A stretch of 64,000 nt of DNA, from IMG/VR virus record IMGVR_UViG_3300040811_000687; one strand, written 5' to 3'. This document shows, piece after piece, positions 1-8,355 of the stretch (its first letter is position 1; every line of letters starts with the position of its first letter). The notes beneath the pieces were generated by a model that did no database searches, was not told where the DNA came from, and was given only the letters and a program-made list of their open reading frames with translations. The translations under genes were made by a program, and so were the position numbers. This DNA is from a virus.

Positions 1-843
1 TTAAATAAATTAAAAGGCAAAGGTAGAATATATGGTTGTAATGGATTGTATAGAGATTTTACACCAGATGTTTTAGTTGCAGTTGATCAAGGTATATGCC
101 ATGAAATATACAACAGTGGTTATTGTCAAGACAATGAGACATATTTAAGAGGTTGGACTAGATTGCCAGCAATGTTATATGAGTCTGTTATAAATGCAGG
201 TGCCTCAATAACTGCCGAAGAAATGGCTGTAGTCAAAGAAAAGAAATTAATTAATGAAAATGAGAGAGGTGATTGTCAAGAGTTTGTAATGCATGGCTCT
301 AATATATCAGGTGCAGTTAAGATATTAAAAGAGAATAAAGACATAGAGTCTAAAAATGTAAATCATACTGCTGTAGATGTTAGTTGGTGTTCTATGAATA
401 GTAAAGAACAATCTATTGACGATGTGATGACGCCTAGAGATTGGGGTTTCGCTGCTGGTCCTACTGCTGGTGCAATTTCTATATTAAAAGAAAAACAACC
501 AAAGGCAACAGACTTATATAATGACGCAGATAATAATGAACATAAAATAAGTTTAGAAATGTTTTTAATTGGCCACGACTTGGCTAGTAACGATGACAAG
601 ATTAATAATCTATACAAAGATACCAAATATTATGGTCTAAAAGAACAACAACAAGTACCAACAAAAAACTGGATACAACAGTGGAAGTCTTTGATTGTTA
701 ATAATCCTGGTGTGACCTTTTACAAGGTAAATCCAAAGGCAGATTTGGGACATGACGCAATAAGCAGACCTATAAAAGAGTGGGAAGGACTAAAGAACGT
801 CTTTTATATAGACTATCCTACCATGGAAACACTAATAGGCTAA
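1..843 (+). CDS. Conserved phage protein, 5'-truncated by the window edge
   Basis: Frame is open from base 1 (LNKLKGKGRIYGCNGLYRDFTPDVLVAVD). The GCNxxYRDFxPDxLVAVD and 'FLIGHDL' motifs resemble DUF115/MAF-like phage proteins. Confidence 0.6.
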   Translation, partial: LNKLKGKGRIYGCNGLYRDFTPDVLVAVDQGICHEIYNSGYCQDNETYLRGWTRLPAMLYESVINAGASITAEEMAVVKEKKLINENERGDCQEFVMHGSNISGAVKILKENKDIESKNVNHTAVDVSWCSMNSKEQSIDDVMTPRDWGFAAGPTAGAISILKEKQPKATDLYNDADNNEHKISLEMFLIGHDLASNDDKINNLYKDTKYYGLKEQQQVPTKNWIQQWKSLIVNNPGVTFYKVNPKADLGHDAISRPIKEWEGLKNVFYIDYPTMETLIG

Positions 844-850
844 AGGAACA

Positions 851-879
851 TTGACACAGAGGTGTAAATGTGTTATATT
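851..879 (+). promoter_or_regulatory. Sigma70-type promoter with extended -10
   Basis: TTGACA (851-856), 17 bp spacer, TG-n-TATATT (874-879). ATG at 886 follows 6 nt later. Confidence 0.75.
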
Positions 880-885
880 AAAGCT

Positions 886-1095
886 ATGACTAAAAAGAGT
901 AAAGATCGGAATATAGTAGTAAATAATTATGTAAGATATTGGGACAATTCAACTGATAATGGACATGACATATCTATTTTGAAAACAGATGGCAGTCACA
1001 TTAATATTAAGTTGAGGTGGCCAAAAGGTGAAAATAGACTAATTAAACCTGGTAGAGCTCATAAAACAGTTATAAATAAATATGAATCCGATTAA
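886..1095 (+). CDS. Small basic hypothetical protein, probably leaderless (start revised from 868)
   Basis: The 868 ATG lies inside the promoter spacer; ATG 886 sits at the predicted TSS. Confidence 0.55.
   Translation: MTKKSKDRNIVVNNYVRYWDNSTDNGHDISILKTDGSHINIKLRWPKGENRLIKPGRAHKTVINKYESD
1071..1078 (+). promoter_or_regulatory. T4-type late promoter upstream of gp32
   Basis: TATAAATA followed by an AT-rich leader and an AAGGAG RBS. Confidence 0.6.
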
Positions 1096-1142
1096 TACAG
1101 GATACACAAATATAATAATACAATAATAAGGAGAATACAAAT

Positions 1143-2036
1143 ATGGATTTTGAAGCATTAAAATCATCATCAAGTGGCTTTGATAAATTAACTAAAGCTC
1201 TTGAAACAAACCTCAATCCCGAGGATCAATCAAACAAAAACAAATATCAAGACGACAGACTTTGGAAACCAGAGTTAGACAAAACAGGAAATGGTTACGC
1301 TGTAATCAGATTTCTACCTGCCACAGAGGGAGAAGATTTACCTTGGCAAAGAGTTTGGTCTCATGCCTTTCAAGACAAAGGTGGTTGGTATATTGAAAAC
1401 TCATTAACAACAATGTCTCAAAAAGATCCTGTGTCCGAAGAAAACACAAGATTGTGGAACACTGGTGTTGATAGTGATAAAGAAATTGCTAGAAAGAGAA
1501 AAAGAAAATTATCTTATTACTCAAATATTCTAGTAGTGTCAGACCCAAAACATCCAGAGCATGAAGGCAAGGTGTTCTTATTCAAATTTGGTAAAAAGAT
1601 TTTTGATAAGATTACTGAAGCAATGCAACCGGCTTTTGAAGACGAAAGTCCAATTAACCCATTTGATTTTTGGAAAGGTGCAAACTTTAAACTAAAAATC
1701 AGAAAAGTTGATGGCTATTGGAACTATGACAAGTCTGAATTTGAGGCAGTAACACAAGTTGCTGAAAGTGATGACAAGATTAAAGAAATCTGGTCAAAAC
1801 AATATCCTCTAAAACCATTCTTGGCACCTGAAAATTTTAAGTCCTATGATGAACTCAAAGAGAAACTGAATAGGGTTATTTCTGGTACAAGAAGCACTAA
1901 AACTGTTGAAAGCGATGAGCTCCCGCCAAGCGCTTCAGCGCCTAGTGTGAAAAGTATGGAAGCACCTAGTACTCCATCTGCTAGTGATGATGACGATACG
2001 TTATCTTACTTTAGTAAATTAGCAGAGGACGAATAA
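1143..2036 (+). CDS. gp32: Single-stranded DNA-binding protein gp32
   Basis: DDRLWKPELDKTGNGYAVIRFLP, WYIENSLTT, GANFKLKIRKVDGYWNYDKSEF, acidic tail DDDDTLSYFSKLAEDE. Confidence 0.97.
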   Translation: MDFEALKSSSSGFDKLTKALETNLNPEDQSNKNKYQDDRLWKPELDKTGNGYAVIRFLPATEGEDLPWQRVWSHAFQDKGGWYIENSLTTMSQKDPVSEENTRLWNTGVDSDKEIARKRKRKLSYYSNILVVSDPKHPEHEGKVFLFKFGKKIFDKITEAMQPAFEDESPINPFDFWKGANFKLKIRKVDGYWNYDKSEFEAVTQVAESDDKIKEIWSKQYPLKPFLAPENFKSYDELKEKLNRVISGTRSTKTVESDELPPSASAPSVKSMEAPSTPSASDDDDTLSYFSKLAEDE

Positions 2037-2075
2037 TCTAAACCGTTCCCTCCGTTTAGAAAGTGACAATACTTT

Positions 2076-2107
2076 AAGGGCTAGATAGCAATATCTAGCC
2101 CTTTTTT
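2076..2107 (+). terminator. Intrinsic terminator after gp32
   Basis: GGGCTAGATA-GCAA-TATCTAGCCC followed by TTTTTT. Confidence 0.92.
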
Positions 2108-2110
2108 CGT

Positions 2111-2118
2111 TATAAATA
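2111..2118 (+). promoter_or_regulatory. T4-type late promoter
   Basis: TATAAATA 6 nt before the gp2 ATG, with no SD sequence. Confidence 0.8.
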
Positions 2119-2124
2119 TACCGT

Positions 2125-2655
2125 ATGGCAATAAGCATATTAGATACACTGGTTGATAAGTCAGATGGTGCTGTTAAGTCAGCGTCATGGTACAGAAAAG
2201 CAGTAGGTTCTATAGCAGACAGAATAACAGCAAATAAACTAATGAGACAAGGTAAACTTATTGGTAGACCAAGTGTTGGTAGATTAAACATGTTTGTATA
2301 TGACCCTAAATATAAGCAGACATTACCATATTACGACACTTTTCCTTTAGTGTTGCCGTTAGAGCCAATCAAAGGTGGTTTTGCAGGTATTAATTTTCAT
2401 TATCTGCCACCAAACCAAAGATTTACTCTATTGACACAATTGCAGAGATTTGCCGTACAAGGTAACAAAGTAAATGAGACTAATAGATTTGATGTAAGTT
2501 ACAGTAGAGTTAAAAGACTACCATTAACAAAAAATGCTATTAAAAAGTATTTGTGGGCACACACTAGAAGTAATTATTTAAGAGTTGATTACGATGAGGC
2601 TGCCTTAGCAGTATATTTACCAGTAGCACAATTTAAGAAGGGAAGACCATACTAA
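2125..2655 (+). CDS. gp2: DNA end protector protein gp2
   Basis: YDPKYKQTLPYYDTFPLV and GINFHYLPP motifs; position after gp32. Confidence 0.9.
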   Translation: MAISILDTLVDKSDGAVKSASWYRKAVGSIADRITANKLMRQGKLIGRPSVGRLNMFVYDPKYKQTLPYYDTFPLVLPLEPIKGGFAGINFHYLPPNQRFTLLTQLQRFAVQGNKVNETNRFDVSYSRVKRLPLTKNAIKKYLWAHTRSNYLRVDYDEAALAVYLPVAQFKKGRPY

Positions 2656-3635
2656 TGGCAATATTAAGAGGCGGAAAAAGAATTGGTGGTTTTGATATCA
2701 GAATTGGTATACCACGAGACAGATCACTAGACAATGTAACAGGTGATCCAAGATTAAAACGTACACAAGGTGGTAATCCTGAGTCTACAATGGGTAGAGT
2801 ACAGGCAATGGTAAATGAGGCAGAGGGTTTTGCTCGTAAGGCAAGATTTTATGTTGAGTTTATGTTGCCTAAATCACTAGGTGGTGGACCAGATGGTACT
2901 CCAGGCTCAGTGTCTTCACCAATGGTAGATGAAACCTATGATTCATTTTACACACAATCAAAATTAAATCAGGTACATATAGCAAACGGTAGACGTGTAC
3001 AAGCATTTTGTAGTGCTATTGAAATGCCTGATAGAGAAATTATTACTAAAGAAGTTAGACATGGTAACACACCAGTTAGACATGTTGCATATGATTTTAA
3101 ATCACAAGAGATCACAGCAACTTTCTATGCAGACAAATTTATGAGAGAAAGATCATACTTTGAAATGTGGCAAGGCGCCGCTTTTAGTACTAAATCTTTT
3201 AACATGAATTACTATAAGAACTATGTAACAGATATGAGAATATATCAATTAGGTTCATTTGAGTCATCACAAGAGAGAGACGAAATAACCTATGGTGTAC
3301 AACTATTTGATTGTTTACCAACATCAATTAGTAAAGTAGAATATTCGCATGATGAAAATACAGTACAGACATTTTCAGTTACATTTAAATTTATGTATTG
3401 GATTAATTTCTTTTTAGATAATCAAGGCAACATAGAACTTGGTCAATCTAAATTTGGAAAACCATCAGTGAAACAAGATTCAGGTTTATTAGGTGGTTTA
3501 CTAGGTAAACTACCACCAGAATTGAGACGAGCAGGTAGAGACGTGTTGAACAAGTTGAGACGTAGAGTACCACTAGGTAAAATTACCGGTGGTAGAGCGT
3601 TCCCACCTTTCAAACTACCACCTATAAATATATAA
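2655..3635 (+). CDS. gp54: Baseplate-tail tube initiator gp54-like
   Basis: Tail-tube-fold signatures (FCSAIEMPDR, ATFYADKFMRERSYFEMWQ, FSVTFKF); gp2-54-26 synteny. Confidence 0.75.
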   Translation: MAILRGGKRIGGFDIRIGIPRDRSLDNVTGDPRLKRTQGGNPESTMGRVQAMVNEAEGFARKARFYVEFMLPKSLGGGPDGTPGSVSSPMVDETYDSFYTQSKLNQVHIANGRRVQAFCSAIEMPDREIITKEVRHGNTPVRHVAYDFKSQEITATFYADKFMRERSYFEMWQGAAFSTKSFNMNYYKNYVTDMRIYQLGSFESSQERDEITYGVQLFDCLPTSISKVEYSHDENTVQTFSVTFKFMYWINFFLDNQGNIELGQSKFGKPSVKQDSGLLGGLLGKLPPELRRAGRDVLNKLRRRVPLGKITGGRAFPPFKLPPINI

Positions 3636-3653
3636 TAACAAGGAGATAATATT

Positions 3654-4388
3654 ATGGCATTACCGATAATAGAAACACCAACTTATGAGTTGACACTTCC
3701 TTCCCAAGACGAGATAGTAAAATACAGACCTTTCCTTGTTAAAGAAGAAAAATTAATGTTAATAGCTCTTGAGTCAGGTGAAGAAAAAGAAATAAACATG
3801 GCGACTAAAACAATTTTAGACGCATGTACATTTAACAAACTAAAGATAGAAGAATTACCAACATTTGATATAGAATACATGTTCTTACAAATAAGAGCAA
3901 AGTCAGTTGGTGAAGTAACTAAATTCAAAGTTATTTGTCCAGACGACAAAAAAACATACACTGATATTGAGATAGACTTATCAAAAGTTGAGGTGCAAGT
4001 TGATGATGAACATACGAACAAAGTAGTAATTGATGAACAAAGGCAATTGGGTGTTGTTCTCAAATATCCTACGATGTCCATGATGACTAATACACAAATA
4101 CAGTCAGCAGACTATGACACAGCATTTGATATGATGGTCGGTTGTATACACGAAATCTTTGAAGGAGAGAAAGTGTATCCTGGAGTAGATAGTACAAGAG
4201 AAGAATTAAAAGATTTTTTAGAGAAGTTACCACAAGGTGCTTTTGATAAAATTAAAAAGTTTTTTGACACTATGCCTAGATTGAGACACGAGCAAGAAGT
4301 TACAAATCCAAAGACAGGTGTTAAAAGTACAGTTACATTTAGCGGATTACAAGATTTTTTCGGATTGGCCTCACCCATAGTAGCCTAG
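3654..4388 (+). CDS. gp26: Baseplate hub assembly protein gp26
   Basis: MALPIIETPTYELTLPS, YRPFLVKEEK, FDIEYMFLQIRAKSVGE, FFDTMPRL, GLQDFF. Late promoter at 3623-3630 and AAGGAG RBS. Confidence 0.92.
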   Translation: MALPIIETPTYELTLPSQDEIVKYRPFLVKEEKLMLIALESGEEKEINMATKTILDACTFNKLKIEELPTFDIEYMFLQIRAKSVGEVTKFKVICPDDKKTYTDIEIDLSKVEVQVDDEHTNKVVIDEQRQLGVVLKYPTMSMMTNTQIQSADYDTAFDMMVGCIHEIFEGEKVYPGVDSTREELKDFLEKLPQGAFDKIKKFFDTMPRLRHEQEVTNPKTGVKSTVTFSGLQDFFGLASPIVA

Positions 4389-4546
4389 AGGCATATTTTG
4401 AAGTTAATTTTGCGTTAATGCAACACCATAAATATGGTATAACAGAAATTGAACAGATGATTCCGTGGGAACGAGATATATATGTTTCAATGTTAATTAA
4501 TTATATAAAAGAAGAAAACGAAAAAAGACAAAGGGAGAAACAGTAA
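4355..4546 (+). CDS. gp51: Baseplate hub assembly catalyst gp51-like, probably reached by -1 frameshift from gp26 (absent from ORF track)
   Basis: The -1 frame reads FFRIGLTHSSLEAYFEVNFALMQHHKYGITEIEQMIPWERDIYVSMLINYIKEENEKRQREKQ. The first ATG (4418) lies inside the conserved region and has no RBS. Confidence 0.8.
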   Translation, partial: FFRIGLTHSSLEAYFEVNFALMQHHKYGITEIEQMIPWERDIYVSMLINYIKEENEKRQREKQ

Positions 4547-4842
4547 TGAATACTGAAACAAAAAAAGTAAATTTAGAATTAGAGATTGACACTAATACTG
4601 TTGACTCTAGTAAAAACAGATATCAAGGTTTAATTGACCTTGCAAAAGCAATAGACAGTTGGAGAATATTTCCAAGAGTATTCATATCAACATACATTTT
4701 TTTACTATACAAAGTAGTAATATGGTATATGAACTTACAGGCACCTACTATGGAACAAAGTGGGTTAGTATCAATAGTTGTTGGTGCTGGCGCTGCCTGG
4801 TTTGGTTTATATACAGGAAGTAGAGCAAAATCAACTAAATAG
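4546..4842 (+). CDS. Small membrane protein with two predicted TM segments (holin-like architecture)
   Basis: DSWRIFPR then two hydrophobic stretches; TAATG coupling to the gp51 frame. Confidence 0.6.
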   Translation: MNTETKKVNLELEIDTNTVDSSKNRYQGLIDLAKAIDSWRIFPRVFISTYIFLLYKVVIWYMNLQAPTMEQSGLVSIVVGAGAAWFGLYTGSRAKSTK

Positions 4843-4847
4843 TATAT

Positions 4848-6215
4848 ATGGCATTACCAAGTTTAGATACAACAGCAAATGATCAAACTATATCAGCAAT
4901 TGATAAGTTAGGCAAGGCAATAATGGAAAAGGCATCCATGTCAATACAAGGTGCTACAAAGGCCATTGTACCTAGTATACCTAAAATGATTAATCAGTTG
5001 ACAGAGGATTTAGCAAAAGGTCCTGTTCATAGTTTTGGTAAAGTGATCAGAAAATTAGAGAACATGGTAGAGACATTAGGTCTTGATTTAAGATCATATA
5101 ACAATGACTTGGCTGATATGTTACAAGAAAGAGAACAACAGGCTCGTAAGTCAGAGGATACAGTACAAAAGTTAAGACAACAAAATATTGTTGCACGTGT
5201 TAATAAAGATACAAAAGAAGTTGAGATATTAACCAGATCACAAATTAGACAAGAAAAAAAGTTAATAGAAAAGAAAGAGAAAACAATCAAACTTTTAGAA
5301 AAAGAAATCAGACTAGACACTAGAAATTTACAACAAAAAAATAATCTTTCTCCAAGAGAGAAAGGTGACACAAAGAAAAGAATAGAAGCAAATGCTTTAA
5401 AATTAGATAAGTTGACAGCTGAAAGAGACGAACAAGCAAATGATGTAACAGTTGACACAGGTAGAACTGAAAAAGGTCTACCAATGTTTTTAGAAATGAT
5501 GAAAGATGGTTTTCTAGAACCATTTAGAGCAATTGGTGAATCTTTTAACATGATGAAAGATATGGGAAAAGGCACTGCTGATCTATTTAATTTCTTATCA
5601 GGTGGATTATTTCTTAAAGCATTTAAGGGTATCACTAAAGGTTTAAAAGCAATTAGTGGTTTCTTTACATTGGCTAGACTAGTATTAGTTGCTAAATTTG
5701 CATTGGTCATTGGTGCTATAACATTTGTAGCAGCTAAGATCAATAAGATCAAAGACTTCTTTGCTGGCATAATAGATTATTTTAGAAATTCAAAACTTGG
5801 TAAATTATTAGGTCTATCAAAAGAAACACCTGAAGAAAAAGAAAGTAGAAAAATTGAGAATAAAAATAGAGGCACATCTATGGTTGATATAGATAGTCAC
5901 TATGATAGTTTTCCAACTATTTCAAATGCAAAAGAAGAAAATAAAAATACTATTGTAGGTGCTAGTGATAATGTTAGTAAAATGACTAATGAGAAAATAT
6001 TTAACAGTAAAGCAACACAGAATGACGCCGTTAAAGAATTTGATAAGCTAACAAAAGAGGCTAATTCTCAAATGAGCAAAGGTAATGTAATAATTAATAA
6101 TGCACCAACAAGTGTACAGACAAATAATAGTGGTTCAGTGACTTCAGGTTTTACCAATAATAATCCAGACGAGACGATTACAAATACATCTAGAGCTAGA
6201 TGGTCTAATATGTAA
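4848..6215 (+). CDS. Tape-measure/gp29-like baseplate hub protein (putative)
   Basis: Long coiled-coil plus amphipathic/hydrophobic helices; located between gp51 and gp4/gp48. Confidence 0.55.
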   Translation: MALPSLDTTANDQTISAIDKLGKAIMEKASMSIQGATKAIVPSIPKMINQLTEDLAKGPVHSFGKVIRKLENMVETLGLDLRSYNNDLADMLQEREQQARKSEDTVQKLRQQNIVARVNKDTKEVEILTRSQIRQEKKLIEKKEKTIKLLEKEIRLDTRNLQQKNNLSPREKGDTKKRIEANALKLDKLTAERDEQANDVTVDTGRTEKGLPMFLEMMKDGFLEPFRAIGESFNMMKDMGKGTADLFNFLSGGLFLKAFKGITKGLKAISGFFTLARLVLVAKFALVIGAITFVAAKINKIKDFFAGIIDYFRNSKLGKLLGLSKETPEEKESRKIENKNRGTSMVDIDSHYDSFPTISNAKEENKNTIVGASDNVSKMTNEKIFNSKATQNDAVKEFDKLTKEANSQMSKGNVIINNAPTSVQTNNSGSVTSGFTNNNPDETITNTSRARWSNM

Positions 6216-6644
6216 TTAAGATAAATCTTTTTCAGTTATAATTTTAAATTCAGCACCTTGATCTTTACAGTATTTGGTAGCGGCTTGCCATTTAGCTTTA
6301 TTTCGTATATATTCTAATGACTCACGCATGTAAGACTTGGTCTTTCTGCTAGTTGGTTTTTTAGGTGGCACACATTGACGTGATGGTTTAATTTCTATTA
6401 CTAACTTACTGCCTGTTTTGGTCTTTACAATGAAGTCTGGAAAATATCTGTGCCATTTGTTGTCAATAGGACTATAATATCTAATTGGTAACTCCTCACT
6501 TGCCCAATGGTCTATATTATCACTTTTATCCAAATACACCATCATACGTCTTTCTAATAGTGAACGGTATATAATGTTATTTGGATCACCAACATACTTG
6601 CTGGGGTTGATTGGTTTATATATTCCCTTAAAAGATTTCTTCAT
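6216..6644 (-). CDS. gp4: Head completion nuclease gp4 (start revised to MKKSFKGIYKP)
   Basis: YKPINPSKYVGDPNNIIYRSLLE, WASEE, HRYFPDF, IEIKP, NKAKWQAA, FKIITEKDL. Confidence 0.93.
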   Translation of the reverse strand: MKKSFKGIYKPINPSKYVGDPNNIIYRSLLERRMMVYLDKSDNIDHWASEELPIRYYSPIDNKWHRYFPDFIVKTKTGSKLVIEIKPSRQCVPPKKPTSRKTKSYMRESLEYIRNKAKWQAATKYCKDQGAEFKIITEKDLS

Positions 6645-6650
6645 AACCGT

Positions 6651-6658
6651 TATAAATA
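6651..6658 (+). promoter_or_regulatory. Late promoter for the gp48 operon
   Basis: TATAAATA in the gp4/gp48 divergent gap; AAGGA RBS downstream. Confidence 0.7.
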
Positions 6659-6684
6659 TACAAGTATATATAAAGGAATTAAAT

Positions 6685-7830
6685 ATGGCATGGACATCTA
6701 AAGTAGCAAACATTATCAAGGGCAAAGTAGGAACAATGATTGGCTCATCAATAGCCAATAAATTAAGTTTTGCCTCATCTGGTCAAACAACCAAAGTGGC
6801 TGCTAAATTATTAAATAAATCTCCGTTAGAGATAGGTACAACAGGACCTATGTCACACATGGAGTCTATGAACAATCCATACAGTTATGGTACAGTATAT
6901 TATCCACAAGAGGCAGGTAATTTAGGTGCTGGTCACTATATTATATTTGATGTAGTATCTCACAAGTCATCTAAATTTAAACAACAAACATTTAAGAACG
7001 GTGCTTTGACAAATGCTTCAGGAGCAGTACCTGGTAAACCAAGAGTTGCCAACATAAAAAGAAATGGTATCACACAGGCAAAAAGATTAAGATCAACTTC
7101 TTCAGGTGCTATGTCAAAAGTTGGTGATACGCACAATTATATTTCAGACAGTATTATATTATATACACCAGCAGAGGCAATGAAATTTAATTACAGTGCC
7201 AGTTATGAAGACACACAAACAGGTCTTGCAGGTGATGTGGCTAGCATGATTGGTGGTGTAATGAACGATCCAGGTTTCTTAAACAAAATTCAGGCTGCCG
7301 GTGAGGGTATTGGTGGTATTGGTAGAGAGTTGTTGAAGTCAGGAGCTTTTGCAGCTGCTAGTATAATACCAGGTTTTGAAAATAGTAGACAATTATTTGA
7401 TAAGTCATTAGGTCAGGCAAAGAACCCTAATCTAGAAACAATATTTCAGTCAGTGCCATTTAGATCATTTAGTTTTCCTTTCTTATTTGCACCAAAAGAC
7501 GAGAAAGAGAAAGATCAAGTACACAAAATTTTACAACTGTTTAGATTTCATATGTTGCCTGAACACCAAAGCGCTGCTATAAAATCAGGTTATTTCAACA
7601 CACCGTCAGAGTTTCAGATTACATACATGTACAGAGACAGTGAGAACGCATACTTACCAAGAATAAGTCGTTGTGTATTAAAAGAATGTAATATAGATTA
7701 CGCACCAGAGGGTGTTGTATCATCATTAATCGCAGATGAAAAAGGCGCACCACCAACTATTATTAAAATGGATTTAACATTTGGTGAAACAGAAATTATG
7801 ACTAAAGAAACAGTAGCAGAGGGATTCTAA
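6685..7830 (+). CDS. gp48: Baseplate tail-tube cap gp48 (start revised from 6574)
   Basis: NPNLETIFQSVPFRSFSFPFLFAPK, PSEFQITY, CVLKECNIDYAP, LTFGETEIMTK. Confidence 0.88.
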   Translation: MAWTSKVANIIKGKVGTMIGSSIANKLSFASSGQTTKVAAKLLNKSPLEIGTTGPMSHMESMNNPYSYGTVYYPQEAGNLGAGHYIIFDVVSHKSSKFKQQTFKNGALTNASGAVPGKPRVANIKRNGITQAKRLRSTSSGAMSKVGDTHNYISDSIILYTPAEAMKFNYSASYEDTQTGLAGDVASMIGGVMNDPGFLNKIQAAGEGIGGIGRELLKSGAFAAASIIPGFENSRQLFDKSLGQAKNPNLETIFQSVPFRSFSFPFLFAPKDEKEKDQVHKILQLFRFHMLPEHQSAAIKSGYFNTPSEFQITYMYRDSENAYLPRISRCVLKECNIDYAPEGVVSSLIADEKGAPPTIIKMDLTFGETEIMTKETVAEGF

Positions 7831-7831
7831 T

Positions 7832-8353
7832 ATGTATTTTGAAACATTTCCATTAATGAACTACAGCAATGATAAGATCACAACTAAACAAGTAACAGAT
7901 TTATTCAGACGTATAAAAATTAAAGAGAAAATACTTGACGAAGCAAGTTTGTATCAAGAGTATGATGTACCAAATGGCGAAAGACCTGAAGATACAGCAA
8001 TGAAACATTTTGGTGATCCTCAATATCATTGGGTAATATTAATGACAAACAAAAGTCAAGATGGTTTTTATGATTGGCCATTAGATTTCAGAGCATTTGA
8101 AACTTTTATAACAGACAAGTATGCCAATCCAGACGCAACACACCATTATGAAAAGGCACAAACAAGTGGTAAAACAACATCAAATGATTACTCACACTTG
8201 ATAGAAGTAAACAGTACAGAGCCAGGTGCTTTATCAGTCTCTAATAGACAATATGAAGAAAGAATACAAGACGCAAAAAGAAAAATTAAACTTCTTAATC
8301 CAGGTTTCTTGCCTGTATTATTAGAAGAATTTGACAAATTGATGAATGAATAA
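7832..8353 (+). CDS. gp53: Baseplate wedge gp53
   Basis: MYFETFP, GERPEDTAMKHFGDPQYHWVILMTN (LysM-like), YDWPL, HHYE. Confidence 0.92.
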   Translation: MYFETFPLMNYSNDKITTKQVTDLFRRIKIKEKILDEASLYQEYDVPNGERPEDTAMKHFGDPQYHWVILMTNKSQDGFYDWPLDFRAFETFITDKYANPDATHHYEKAQTSGKTTSNDYSHLIEVNSTEPGALSVSNRQYEERIQDAKRKIKLLNPGFLPVLLEEFDKLMNE

Positions 8354-8355
8354 TT

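Noticed and set aside
1081-1142. T4-like autoregulatory pseudoknot in the gp32 leader
   Set aside because: Only a 4-bp ATCC/GGAT stem is visible. The AT-rich leader fits autoregulation, but the structure is unsupported.
5027-5770. 247-aa antisense ORF, and similar ones at 3683, 21200, 22079, 27052, 29638, 30139, 31792 and 61162
   Set aside because: They are shadows of well-supported genes on the opposite strand, with no RBS or motifs.
6574-6758. Overlapping long starts for gp4 (6758) and gp48 (6574)
   Set aside because: Conserved N-termini, RBS and promoter support 6644 and 6685, leaving a 40-bp divergent gap.
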